Assembly (NCBI GenBank): GCA_963805945.1
Contig: CAWDVP010000001.1
Coordinates: 32,001-96,000, forward strand
Reading direction: 5' to 3'
From: Vulcanimicrobiota bacterium
GTDB lineage: Bacteria; Vulcanimicrobiota; Vulcanimicrobiia; Eremiobacterales; Eremiobacteraceae
DNA length: 64,000 bases
The notes under the pieces are model-generated. The model ran no database searches. It saw only the letters and a list, made by a program, of their open reading frames with translations, and was not told where the DNA came from. Positions 31,345-40,679 of this stretch are shown here, in pieces. The translations under genes and the position numbers were made by a program. Position 1 is the first letter of the stretch. The number at the start of each line of letters is the position of its first letter.

Positions 31345-33105
31345 ATGAGGAGTTCTCCCGCACGCGTTTTCGCGCGCGCGCTGGCATGCTTGCTGGCGGC
31401 GCTCTGCATCAGCGTACTCGTTTCGCCGGCGCGAGCCGCTTCGGGCAGCGCCTCTTTCGCCCAACTCGTCGCGCAATATCTCAGCGAGTCCGAAGCGCGC
31501 GATCCTCTGTTCGCGGGGAGCATCGGCGTCCACACGTATGACGACAAACTGCCTGATCTGTCGCCGTCTGGCGTTGAGGACTCGTACCGCTGGGAGCGCG
31601 GGTGGCGCGCACGCTTCGCCGTGCTGAGCCCCGAAGTCCTGAGTCCGGGCGAGCGCGCCGACCGCCAGGCGCTGCTCGACAGCATGGATGCGGACCTGCT
31701 CGAGTCGACGACCGTGCGCCCCTACAACACCGATCCCGGGATCTACACCGGCGCGATCGGGGACGCGGTGTTTCAGCTCACCGGCCGTGATTTTGCACCG
31801 CTTGATCAGCGCTTGGGCTATGTCGTCAAGCGCCTGCCCGGGATCCCCGATCTCGTCCGCGCGGCTGAGGCCGCGTTGACCCATCCGACGCCTGCCGCCG
31901 CCGCGCTTGCGATTCAGCAGAATCAGGGCAACATCGATCTGTACGAGCACGACCTCGTCGAGCTAGCCAAGAGCGCCTCGCCGAAGACCCGCGCCGCGAT
32001 GGAGGCGGCCCTGCCCGCGGCGGTCGCCAGCCTCAAAGACCTGCAGGCGTTCCTCGCCGGGCCGATCCGGGCGCAGGCGAACGGCAATCCCCGAGTCGGC
32101 GCGCAGGTCTTCGACGCCGAACTGCGCCTCGTCGACGGCACGGATACGCCTCGCGCCGTCATCGTCGCGCGCGCGAAAGCGGATTTCGCCGCGACACGCA
32201 AGCGCATGCTCGCGCTCGCGCTGCCGCTCGATCGCAAGTTCTTCCCGCAGCGCGCGCACGCGGAAACCGGCGGCGCGCTCATCAACGCCGTCGTGGGCGA
32301 GGTCCTCGATAAGCTAGCGGACTCGCACCCCCAGGCGGACCAGGTCTTCGCCGCTGCCAGCTCCGATCTCACGGGCATCGAGGCGTTCTTGACTGCCGAT
32401 CGTGTGGTCGTGCTGCCGAGGCCGAGCACGCTGCATGTCATGCCCACACCCGAGTACCAGGCCGGCATCGCCGGCGCCGGCCTGGAGTCGCCCGGACCCT
32501 TCTCGCCGCTTGAGAACTCGTACTATTTCATCGACAGCATCCCGGCATCGTGGTCCGCCGAACGCGTGCGCTCCTATCTGCGCGAGCATAACGACTACGA
32601 GATGCGCATCCTGTCGATCCATGAGGCCATACCCGGCCACTACGTGCAGTTCCGCTACAACGCGCTGACGCCGTCGATCGTGCGGCGCGTATGGGGCAAC
32701 GGCTCGTTCATCGAAGGCTGGGCGGTGTACGGCGAAGGCATGATGCTCGACGCCGGCTACGGCGGCGGCGATCCGGCGCTGCGCCTCTTCCAGCTCAAGT
32801 GGCGACTGCGCGAGTACGCCAACGCGATCATCGACGCCGAATTCCATACGGGCAGCCTGACCGAGCAGCAGCTCTTCGATCTCTTAGAGCACGGTGCGTT
32901 CCAAGAGCACGCCGAGGCGCTCACGAAGTGGAACCGCCTGCAGCTCTCGCATGACCAATTGTCGAGCTACTTCGTCGGACTTGACGCCATCCTCGAGGCG
33001 CAGCGCGGCGCTTCCCTCTCGGTGAGCGCGTTCAACCGCAAGCTGCTCGAGATGGGTTCGGTCGAACCGCGCTTCATCGCACCGCTCCTCACGACCGCGC
33101 CCTAG
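31345..33105 (+). CDS. DUF885 family exported putative metallopeptidase
   Basis: Signal peptide; IHEAIPGHYVQ, FIEGWAVYGE, QLSSYFVG. Confidence 0.9.
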   Translation: MRSSPARVFARALACLLAALCISVLVSPARAASGSASFAQLVAQYLSESEARDPLFAGSIGVHTYDDKLPDLSPSGVEDSYRWERGWRARFAVLSPEVLSPGERADRQALLDSMDADLLESTTVRPYNTDPGIYTGAIGDAVFQLTGRDFAPLDQRLGYVVKRLPGIPDLVRAAEAALTHPTPAAAALAIQQNQGNIDLYEHDLVELAKSASPKTRAAMEAALPAAVASLKDLQAFLAGPIRAQANGNPRVGAQVFDAELRLVDGTDTPRAVIVARAKADFAATRKRMLALALPLDRKFFPQRAHAETGGALINAVVGEVLDKLADSHPQADQVFAAASSDLTGIEAFLTADRVVVLPRPSTLHVMPTPEYQAGIAGAGLESPGPFSPLENSYYFIDSIPASWSAERVRSYLREHNDYEMRILSIHEAIPGHYVQFRYNALTPSIVRRVWGNGSFIEGWAVYGEGMMLDAGYGGGDPALRLFQLKWRLREYANAIIDAEFHTGSLTEQQLFDLLEHGAFQEHAEALTKWNRLQLSHDQLSSYFVGLDAILEAQRGASLSVSAFNRKLLEMGSVEPRFIAPLLTTAP

Positions 33106-33123
33106 GCAATCTCGGAGGTTCCC

Positions 33124-33840
33124 ATGATCGCAATTCTATTGAGCGTTCTCGTGCTTGCGGCGACCGCAGCGTCGCCCACTCCGGTCGGCGCGGTGCAGAC
33201 GGCGGTGCCTGCGCCGCCGGCGATCCTTCGCCAAGTCACCTACAAGGTCTCGACCGCCATCAAGAACTATAGCGCCGGCGAGCACTACGAGGGCTTCAGC
33301 TCGCAGTCGACGCTGTCGAACGACCAGGGCACGGTCACGGTGGCGATAACCGGCGTCCAGAACAACGCGCTCGGCATGGACGTGACCGAATTGATGAACA
33401 AGACGGGCCATCCCAGCACGTTCACCGGCTACGTGACGCCGGACGGCGGGGTCGGCTTCGGCAACGACACGATCACCGACACGACGCGCACGATGCTCCA
33501 GTTCTTCGGCACGAAGTTCATCCCGCCGGACAAAGTCGACGTCGGTGCCACGTGGAGCGTCACCTACAACCAGAACGGCGTCGAGATGCAAAGCGACTAC
33601 AAGGTGACCAAGGTGGACGGGACGCTGGTGACCATCTCGGTCAAGCAGACCCTCAAGATGTCGGCGCAGGCCTCGACGATCACCACCGAGGGTAGCGTCA
33701 CGCTCAAGCCGTCGCTGCTCGTGCCGATGAGCGGCGATATCCACAAGATCGTGCGGCGCGTGTCGGTGTCGGGCGACAACAGGGTCGACATCACCGAGCA
33801 TTTCGAGCGCGTCTCCGACTCGCGCGACACGTCGCCCTGA
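33124..33840 (+). CDS. Secreted hypothetical protein (paralog family, see 35738 and 36528)
   Basis: GGAGG RBS, signal peptide, SPTP; LLVPMSGD, HFERVSDS. Confidence 0.75.
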   Translation: MIAILLSVLVLAATAASPTPVGAVQTAVPAPPAILRQVTYKVSTAIKNYSAGEHYEGFSSQSTLSNDQGTVTVAITGVQNNALGMDVTELMNKTGHPSTFTGYVTPDGGVGFGNDTITDTTRTMLQFFGTKFIPPDKVDVGATWSVTYNQNGVEMQSDYKVTKVDGTLVTISVKQTLKMSAQASTITTEGSVTLKPSLLVPMSGDIHKIVRRVSVSGDNRVDITEHFERVSDSRDTSP

Positions 33841-34751
33841 AGGCCCTCTCACCGCGCGTCCTCGCCAACGTCGACTTCATCGCGCTGTGCTGGATCTGGG
33901 GCAGCACGTGGCTTGCGATCAAGATCGGCGCGGCTCTCGTGCCGCCTGCGACCGGCGTGGCGATCCGCTTCCTCATCGCGGGCACGCTGCTGCTCGGCAT
34001 CGCCGTCGCGACGCGCCGCGTGTGGCCTTCGGACACCGCGTTCCGAGTGCTGGTCGTCGTCCAAGGCGTCAGCCTCGCCACGAACTACTACCTCATCTAC
34101 TGGGCAGAACAGACCGTGTCGAGCGGGCTCACCGCGGTGCTGTTCGCCAGCTTTCCCATCTTCACCGGCGCGGTCGCGGCGCTCGTCTATCGCATGGAGC
34201 GCTTCAGCGTTTTCACGCTGGCGGCGTTGGCGCTCGGTATGGCCGGGCTGTGCGTCATCTTCTGGTCGGAGGTGGTGCTTGCGAGCCGCACGCCGTGGCA
34301 AGGGATGGCCGCGGTCGTGTTCTCCGCCTTCATCGCCTCGCTCGGCACGACGTCCCTCAAGCGCTTCGGCTCTCATGTGCCGGCCCTGCTCATGGCAGCG
34401 CCGAGCCAGCTGCTGTGCGGGGTCTTGCTGACGGCGGTCGCGCTGCTCTTCGAACGCGGCCGGCCGGTGAGCTTCACGCCGACCGCCGTCGCGTCCATCG
34501 CGTATCTCACCATCTTCGGCACGGCGATCGCGTTCGTGGCGTATTACCAGTTGCTGCGGCTCATCCCCGCGACGCGCGCAGCGCTCTTCAACTACGTCAC
34601 GCCCGTCGTGGCGGTGTGTCTCGGTGCGATCTTCCTCCACGAGGCGCTTGGCGCACGAACGCTGCTGGGGGCGGCGATGGTCTTCGCGAGCATCTGGCTC
34701 ATGCACGTCAAGGTCCCGGGCGCCCCGCTCGAAGAAGCAGCGCTGTCATGA
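33837..34751 (+). CDS. EamA/DMT family transporter (start uncertain)
   Basis: IWGSTWLAIK, SSGLTAVLFA, YLTIFGTAIAF, YVTPVVAV. Confidence 0.88.
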   Translation: MKALSPRVLANVDFIALCWIWGSTWLAIKIGAALVPPATGVAIRFLIAGTLLLGIAVATRRVWPSDTAFRVLVVVQGVSLATNYYLIYWAEQTVSSGLTAVLFASFPIFTGAVAALVYRMERFSVFTLAALALGMAGLCVIFWSEVVLASRTPWQGMAAVVFSAFIASLGTTSLKRFGSHVPALLMAAPSQLLCGVLLTAVALLFERGRPVSFTPTAVASIAYLTIFGTAIAFVAYYQLLRLIPATRAALFNYVTPVVAVCLGAIFLHEALGARTLLGAAMVFASIWLMHVKVPGAPLEEAALS

Positions 34752-35746
34752 CGACCGGCGGACGCATCGAGATCCTGCACCACGATTCGAAGGTCTTACG
34801 CGGCAACGCGCTCGGCGACCGGGCGCAGCGTGAGGTGTATTGCTACCTCCCTGCGGGCTACGACGGCGACGCCGCGACGTACCCGGTCATCTATTTCCTC
34901 TCCGGTTTCACCGGCACGGGTCGCATGCTGCTCAACTTCGATCCGTTCAGCGCGCCGCTCGACGCGCGGCTGGACCGTCTCATCGCTTCGGGCGCGATGC
35001 CGCCGGTCATCTGCGTCCTCCCCGACTGCTTCACGCGCCTGGGCGGCAGCCAGTACTGCAACTCCGGCGCGACCGGCCGCTACGAGGACTATCTGATCGA
35101 CGAGATCGTGCCGTTCGTCGACGCGACGCTGCGCACCAAGGCGAGCCGCGATCATCGCGGGGTCATCGGTAAATCGAGCGGCGGTTATGGGGCGTTGCGC
35201 CTGGGGATGCGCCACGCCGACGTGTTCGGCGCGCTCGGCTCCCACGCAGGCGACGCCTATTTCGCCTTCTGCTATCTGCCCGATTTCCCGAAACTGGTGA
35301 TGGGCTTGGAGAGGCATGGCGGCCTCGAGGGCTTCACGCGCTGGTTCGAGGCATTGCCGAAGAAGACGCACGAGGCGCTCGAAGTGCTCAATATGATCGC
35401 CATGGCCGCCTGCTACTCGCCCAATCCGAAAGCGCCGATGGGCATCGACTTGCCGGTCTTTCTGCCGGGCGGGGAGATACGCACCGACGTCTGGGATCGC
35501 TGGGTCGAGAACGATCCGGTGCACATGGCGAGCCGGCACGCGGAGGCGCTGAAGTCGCTGCGCTGCATCTTCATCGACGCGGGCGTGCGTGACGAGTTCA
35601 ACCTGCAGCTCGGCGCGCGCATCCTCTGCTCGCGCTTTGACGCGCTCGGCGTGAAGTACGTCCACGAGGAGTTCGAGGACGGCCACATGGGCATCGTCTA
35701 TCGCTACGAGCGCTCGTTCGCGCTGCTGGCGGCGGCGCTAGCCTAG
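34748..35746 (+). CDS. Putative esterase (alpha/beta hydrolase, Fes/YeiG-like)
   Basis: YLPAGY, YPVIYFL, GKSSGG nucleophile, DAG.RDEF, FEDGH. Confidence 0.9.
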   Translation: MTTGGRIEILHHDSKVLRGNALGDRAQREVYCYLPAGYDGDAATYPVIYFLSGFTGTGRMLLNFDPFSAPLDARLDRLIASGAMPPVICVLPDCFTRLGGSQYCNSGATGRYEDYLIDEIVPFVDATLRTKASRDHRGVIGKSSGGYGALRLGMRHADVFGALGSHAGDAYFAFCYLPDFPKLVMGLERHGGLEGFTRWFEALPKKTHEALEVLNMIAMAACYSPNPKAPMGIDLPVFLPGGEIRTDVWDRWVENDPVHMASRHAEALKSLRCIFIDAGVRDEFNLQLGARILCSRFDALGVKYVHEEFEDGHMGIVYRYERSFALLAAALA

Positions 35747-36514
35747 CGGCCGGGGCGTCGCGGTCGCGGACGGCGCCTGGTCGAATGAGTCGAAGATCTT
35801 CTCGAAGTGCACGGCGGTGACGATGGCATCTTCGGTGTCCATGGTCTTACGCATGCTGGATTCGTCGAAGTCGCCCTTCAGCGGCACCAGGAGCTCGCGG
35901 TCGTAGAGGAGGTGGCCTTTCATCGTGATGTCCGTGCCTTGTGCCGCATTGATCTTCACCTCTTGCAGCTCGTTGAGCCAGAACGCTGCGCCTTCAGGCT
36001 TGCCGACCGTGTAGCTCGTCGTGATCGTCACTTGCGGAGTCTTGAGGACGTCGTTCCACACGGCGCCCGGTGCGAACGTCGTATTGGCCCCGAAGCGACG
36101 CGCGAAGAAGGGAAGCAGATAGCGAGGGATCGGGCTGTGACCCTGGTTCGAGAGCGCTATGAGACCTGCTGGATCGACAGTCGCTTTCGCGACGTAGGCC
36201 GCGCCGCCGAAGTTCTCCGTTATCTGCATATAGAGCACGTCGTCGCGTTGCCCGAGCACGTCGACAGAGATCGTCCCATGGTCCCAGTTCGTCATGTCGC
36301 TCTCGGAAGGCACCGGCCCGGAGGCGCTCGGTATCCCATTGTCACCAGTCGCCACTTTGCCGCCGTAGGTCTCGGTCGCGAGCTGGCGCCGCCGGATGTA
36401 GGAGACCTTGAACTCGACGTGGCGCATCGGCGTTTGAGCCCCTGCCGGCGTCGCCGATGCCTGCGGCGTCGGCGACGCGCTCAGTGCGAGCACGGCGATC
36501 ATCGTGAGGAGCAC
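35738..36514 (-). CDS. Secreted hypothetical protein, tandem paralog 2
   Basis: 258 aa, aligns end to end with 36528-37304. Confidence 0.8.
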   Translation of the reverse strand: MLLTMIAVLALSASPTPQASATPAGAQTPMRHVEFKVSYIRRRQLATETYGGKVATGDNGIPSASGPVPSESDMTNWDHGTISVDVLGQRDDVLYMQITENFGGAAYVAKATVDPAGLIALSNQGHSPIPRYLLPFFARRFGANTTFAPGAVWNDVLKTPQVTITTSYTVGKPEGAAFWLNELQEVKINAAQGTDITMKGHLLYDRELLVPLKGDFDESSMRKTMDTEDAIVTAVHFEKIFDSFDQAPSATATPRPLG

Positions 36515-36527
36515 AGGTGGACCCCAG

Positions 36528-37304
36528 CTATCTCGCTGCGGGCGTCGGGGACGCAGCCGCCGCCGGGTCGAACGAATCCACCGTTCTTTCGAAACGCACC
36601 TTCGTCGTTATCTTGTCCTCGCTGTCCATGGTCTTGCGATCGCCGTCTTCCTCGAAGTCGCCTCGTAGCGGCACGAGAAGATCGTGGTTGTAGAGGATGC
36701 GGCCTTTCGTCGTCAGATCCATGCCCTGTGCGGCGTTGACCTTCACCAGCTGCACCTCGTTGAGCCAGAAGGCCGCGCCGTCGGATTTCTCGACCGTATA
36801 TTTCGTCGTGACGGTCACTTGGGGCGTCTTGAAGTCGTCGTTCCATGCAGCGCCTGGCGCGAACGTGGCGGTGGACCCGAAGCTGCGGGCGAAGAACGGC
36901 AGCAGATAGCGGGTGATGGGGCTATAAAACTGGCTCGAGAACGCGAGCAGGCCTGTTGGATCAACGGTGGCGTTCACCACGAACGGCGCACCGAGTTTGT
37001 GAAGGTTCTCCGTGATCCGCAGGTAGAGCACGCTGTCGCGCAGTCCTAGAACGTCGACCGAAACCGTGCCCTCATCGGAGTCGTTGAAGTCGTTTTGGGA
37101 AGGCGTTCCTCCAGAAGCGTTTCCCCCACGATCCGCGCCGGCTACATTGCCGCCATACGTGCCGATGGCGAGTTGACGTTGCCTTGCGAATGAGGCCTTG
37201 AACTCGACGTGCCGCAGCGGCGCGGGGGTCGCCGGTGGTGCCGTCGCGGACGACGGGGTCGGCGAAGCGCTCAACGCGAGCACGGCTATCATGGTGAACA
37301 GCAT
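36528..37304 (-). CDS. Secreted hypothetical protein, tandem paralog 1
   Basis: AGGAGG RBS; 258 aa; shared RHVEFK, RYLLPFFAR, KTPQVT, LLVPL.GDF. Confidence 0.8.
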   Translation of the reverse strand: MLFTMIAVLALSASPTPSSATAPPATPAPLRHVEFKASFARQRQLAIGTYGGNVAGADRGGNASGGTPSQNDFNDSDEGTVSVDVLGLRDSVLYLRITENLHKLGAPFVVNATVDPTGLLAFSSQFYSPITRYLLPFFARSFGSTATFAPGAAWNDDFKTPQVTVTTKYTVEKSDGAAFWLNEVQLVKVNAAQGMDLTTKGRILYNHDLLVPLRGDFEEDGDRKTMDSEDKITTKVRFERTVDSFDPAAAASPTPAAR

Positions 37305-37321
37305 AGGCGGACCTCCTACAG

Positions 37322-37660
37322 TCAGCTCGCCCCTGGTGTCTCGCCGCTGCGCGCCTTCAGGAGCGCGAGCTCCTTGATCGCGTAATCCAGGGCTTCGTCG
37401 ATGGCACGCCGGGCCTCCTCGGACTGCAGATGGTTTTTCGCATGTTCCGCGAGCGTCTGCAGCAGGTCCGGCGACAATTGCTCGAACGTCTCAAGCGCGC
37501 GCTGGGGAAGCGCGCTTTGCGCAGCCGCCTGCCAAACGGCCACCGCGTTCGCGGTTTCGGCGCCGTACTTCTGGGCGAAATCGTCGCCGAGCAATCGCGC
37601 TTCGACCTGGTTCACCACGTAATGGATCGGATCGAACTTGTCGCCGGGTTGCACCAGCAT
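37322..37660 (-). CDS. Hypothetical helical protein
   Basis: GGAGGG RBS; 112-aa ORF filling the gap. Confidence 0.7.
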   Translation of the reverse strand: MLVQPGDKFDPIHYVVNQVEARLLGDDFAQKYGAETANAVAVWQAAAQSALPQRALETFEQLSPDLLQTLAEHAKNHLQSEEARRAIDEALDYAIKELALLKARSGETPGAS

Positions 37661-37685
37661 GTCCCTCCGTGTGCGGCTACGTTCC

Positions 37686-37708
37686 GTAGTGCCCGAACGA
37701 AGTTCGGG
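37686..37708 (+). repeat. REP family C copy (divergent intergenic region)
   Basis: GTAG-TG-CCCGAAC-GAA-GTTCGGG. Confidence 0.85.
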
Positions 37709-37764
37709 TGACCTGCTTGGGCGCTACAAGGAACGCTGGTGGGACGGCCCGTAATCCGGCCAGC

Positions 37765-38907
37765 ATGATCGATCACCGGCGCATGACCGATTTCGTCCTC
37801 GAACTCCTGCGCATCGACAGCCACTCTAAAGAAGAATCAGCCGTCGCGCAGCGCTTGATCGACGCGCTGCGAGAGATCGGCGCGGACGTGCATGTCGACG
37901 ACGCCGGCAGCCGCGTCGGCGGCGACACGGGCAACGTGGTCGGTCGACTGCCGGGCACAAGACCAGGCGTCGCGCCGCTGCTGCTCAGCTCGCACATGGA
38001 CACCGTGACGCCGGGCAAGGGCGTCAAGCCGGTGCTCGAGGCCGATCGCATCCGCTCTGACGGCACCACCATCCTCGGCGGCGACGACAAGAGCGGGCTC
38101 GCGATCATCGTCGAGGCGCTCCGTGTGCTCACGGCGAGCGGCGCGCCGCGCGGCGATATCGAGATCGCGTTCACCATCTGCGAAGAGGTCGGCCTACTAG
38201 GCGCCAAAGCGCTGGACTATGGCGCGCTGACGTCGCGCGAAGCGCTCGTCCTGGATTCGGATTCGGCGGCGCACATGACGACCAAGGCGCCGTCGTCGCA
38301 GCACTTCGAGTACGTCGTTCACGGGCTGGAGTCGCACGCCGGCGTCGCGCCGGAAGCGGGCATCTCCGCGGTGCGCGTCGCGGCTGAGGCGATCGCCGCG
38401 ATGCCGCTCGGCCGCGTCGACGACGAGACGACGAGCAACCTCGTCATCGTCGAGGGCGGCCTCGCCACCAACGTCGTGCCGAACCGCGTCGTCATCCGCG
38501 GCGAAGCGCGTTCACACGATGATCGCAAGCTCGCCGCCGTCACCGCATCGATCAGCCGCTGCCTGCAGGACGCCGCGTCGCGCGCCGCGGTGACGGTGGA
38601 AGGCGTCACGACGCGCGCGTGGATCGAAGAACGCTCGGTGCTCGAGTACGAGCGCTCGAACGTCGCCGACGACGCGCCGATCGTGGCGCTCCTCAAGCAG
38701 GCCGCCGGCGAACTCGGCCGTCCGATGGCGACCAGGACCGCGGGCGGCGGATCGGACGCCAATGTCTTCAACGCCAAAGGCATCTCCGCGGTGGTGCTCG
38801 GGACCGGCATGCGCGACATCCATACCGTCAAAGAATGGCTCGACCTGGCGGACTTCTACGCGGCCGCCGAGATCGTGCTGCGCGCGCTCACCGTACGAGC
38901 CGCCTGA
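37765..38907 (+). CDS. M20 family peptidase (peptidase T-like)
   Basis: SHMDTV, LGGDDKSG, CEEVGL, GGGSDAN, IHTVKE. Confidence 0.92.
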   Translation: MIDHRRMTDFVLELLRIDSHSKEESAVAQRLIDALREIGADVHVDDAGSRVGGDTGNVVGRLPGTRPGVAPLLLSSHMDTVTPGKGVKPVLEADRIRSDGTTILGGDDKSGLAIIVEALRVLTASGAPRGDIEIAFTICEEVGLLGAKALDYGALTSREALVLDSDSAAHMTTKAPSSQHFEYVVHGLESHAGVAPEAGISAVRVAAEAIAAMPLGRVDDETTSNLVIVEGGLATNVVPNRVVIRGEARSHDDRKLAAVTASISRCLQDAASRAAVTVEGVTTRAWIEERSVLEYERSNVADDAPIVALLKQAAGELGRPMATRTAGGGSDANVFNAKGISAVVLGTGMRDIHTVKEWLDLADFYAAAEIVLRALTVRAA

Positions 38908-38910
38908 CCG

Positions 38911-39648
38911 GTGAGCAGCCGTCGCTTCAGCTCGTGGGCCGGGTCCGACACGCCGGCGGTCTTCGGGCTGCTCGTCATCATGTCGGTCTTCTTCGTGGTC
39001 GGGTTCTTCGGGTTGTCCGAGGATCTCGTCACGTGGCTGGCATGGCCGATCAGCCCGCAGTGGTTGGCGCATCTCCGATTTTGGCAGATGCTCTCGTATC
39101 CGCTCGTCCACGTGTCGTTCTGGAACCTGATCTTCGACGGCATGCTCATCTTCTTCTTCGGCAGCCCGCTCGAGCGCGCGTGGGGCACGGCGCGCTTTCT
39201 CTCCTTCTTCTTCCTCACCGGGATCGTGGCGGGATTCACGATCCTCGCGCTGACGTTTCTCTTCCCGGGCTTTCCGGGTGCGTACTTCATAGGCTCGAGC
39301 GGCCACTTCGTCGGCCTGGGCATCGCCTTCGGCGCGCTCAATCCATATGCGCGCGTGTACCTGTACATGGTGTTGCCCATCGAAGCGCGCTGGCTCGGGC
39401 TCATCAGCGTCGCGCTCGAACTGTTCCTCAACTCGGGCAGCTACGGCAGCATACCCGGCGCCCTCGTCGCGATCGCGGTGAGCGGGCTGTTCGCATGGTT
39501 CTTCACGACCGGCGTGCACTTCGGTCCGCGCGGCGGCGGAGGGCCGGGCATCAAGGACCGTTTCGAGCGCTGGCGCCAGCGTCAGCGCATGCGCGCCTGG
39601 CAGCGCAAGGTGTCGAAGATCGACAAACCCGAGGATCTGTTCAAGTAG
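38911..39648 (+). CDS. Rhomboid-family membrane protein, probably catalytically degenerate
   Basis: WQMLSYPLVH, GSPLERAWG, IGSSG; no His seen in TM6. Confidence 0.8.
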   Translation: MSSRRFSSWAGSDTPAVFGLLVIMSVFFVVGFFGLSEDLVTWLAWPISPQWLAHLRFWQMLSYPLVHVSFWNLIFDGMLIFFFGSPLERAWGTARFLSFFFLTGIVAGFTILALTFLFPGFPGAYFIGSSGHFVGLGIAFGALNPYARVYLYMVLPIEARWLGLISVALELFLNSGSYGSIPGALVAIAVSGLFAWFFTTGVHFGPRGGGGPGIKDRFERWRQRQRMRAWQRKVSKIDKPEDLFK

Positions 39649-40636
39649 CGCTCGGGGGTACGTCCTCCGATACCGGCGCCACTCTGCCCGTGCGGACGAT
39701 CTCTTCGAGCACCGCGCGATCAAGCATGAGCACCCGGCCGCGGCGTAGCTGGATGGCGCCCATCTGCTCCAGGTGCGACAGCGCCCGGCTGCCCATGTCG
39801 CGTACCGTGCCGACGCGCGCGGCAAGATCGGATTGCGTGATGCGCTCGACGCCGCCGATGCCTTTGCCCATGCCGCTGTCGGGCGACGCGTAGTCGAGCA
39901 GCACGCGCGCGATGCGCGTCAGGACGCGGCCGAAGGCGAGATTGCCCGCGGCGCCCGCCAGCCGGCGCTGGCGCTGCGCGAAGAAACGCGCGCAGCCGAG
40001 CGAGACATCGGGGCTGCGCTGGATGAGCTGGCGCATGAACGCCGCCGGGATCTCGATGATGTCGACGTCGCCCCGCGCGATCACCGTCACGTCCGCCGCG
40101 CCCTCATCGAAGACCGGCGCCTCGTTGAACATGCTATACGCCGAGACGTCATAGAGGACGATCTCGCGATCCTCGTCCGTCGCCCGGGTGACCTCGACGA
40201 CGCCGCGGCGCACCAAGCCGAGCTCGTTCCAATTCGTGCCCTCGGCGACGATCACCATGCGGTCGTGATACGTGCGCTCCTTGGAGACGCGATCGATCTC
40301 GCGCAGCACGTCGAGGGGCGCCGTGCGGAACATCGTGCAACGGCGGAAGAACGAGACGCGCGGCGCTTCGCTTGTGAGCGCGGGCTCCGGCAGCCGGGTG
40401 ACGCGGATGATCCAGCGCCCATCGCCGGCGTTGCGGACGTCCCACAGCGCGATGCCGTCGCGCTCGGCCTCGAGCGAGGCGCGCAGCGCCTTCGGCTCGT
40501 GGTCGTTGGTGAACTCGACGATCTGGTTCGCCGACAGGAGATCGAAGGCGGCGACCATGCGGTCGTGGCGTTCCCATGTGGGGAATTGACGCAGGTCTAT
40601 GCGTTCGACCGGCTCGGGCTGCATCGCGCTGCTCAT
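39641..40636 (-). CDS. Crp/Fnr family regulator with an N-terminal DUF2249 domain
   Basis: IDLR...ERH...FDLL...NDHEP..L N-domain; cNMP-binding fold; ITQSDLAARVGTVRDMGSRAL HTH. Confidence 0.85.
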   Translation of the reverse strand: MSSAMQPEPVERIDLRQFPTWERHDRMVAAFDLLSANQIVEFTNDHEPKALRASLEAERDGIALWDVRNAGDGRWIIRVTRLPEPALTSEAPRVSFFRRCTMFRTAPLDVLREIDRVSKERTYHDRMVIVAEGTNWNELGLVRRGVVEVTRATDEDREIVLYDVSAYSMFNEAPVFDEGAADVTVIARGDVDIIEIPAAFMRQLIQRSPDVSLGCARFFAQRQRRLAGAAGNLAFGRVLTRIARVLLDYASPDSGMGKGIGGVERITQSDLAARVGTVRDMGSRALSHLEQMGAIQLRRGRVLMLDRAVLEEIVRTGRVAPVSEDVPPSAT

Positions 40637-40679
40637 GATTGTCGGGCGACGCTTCGCAGAAAGAGGTCCTGTTTCCCCG

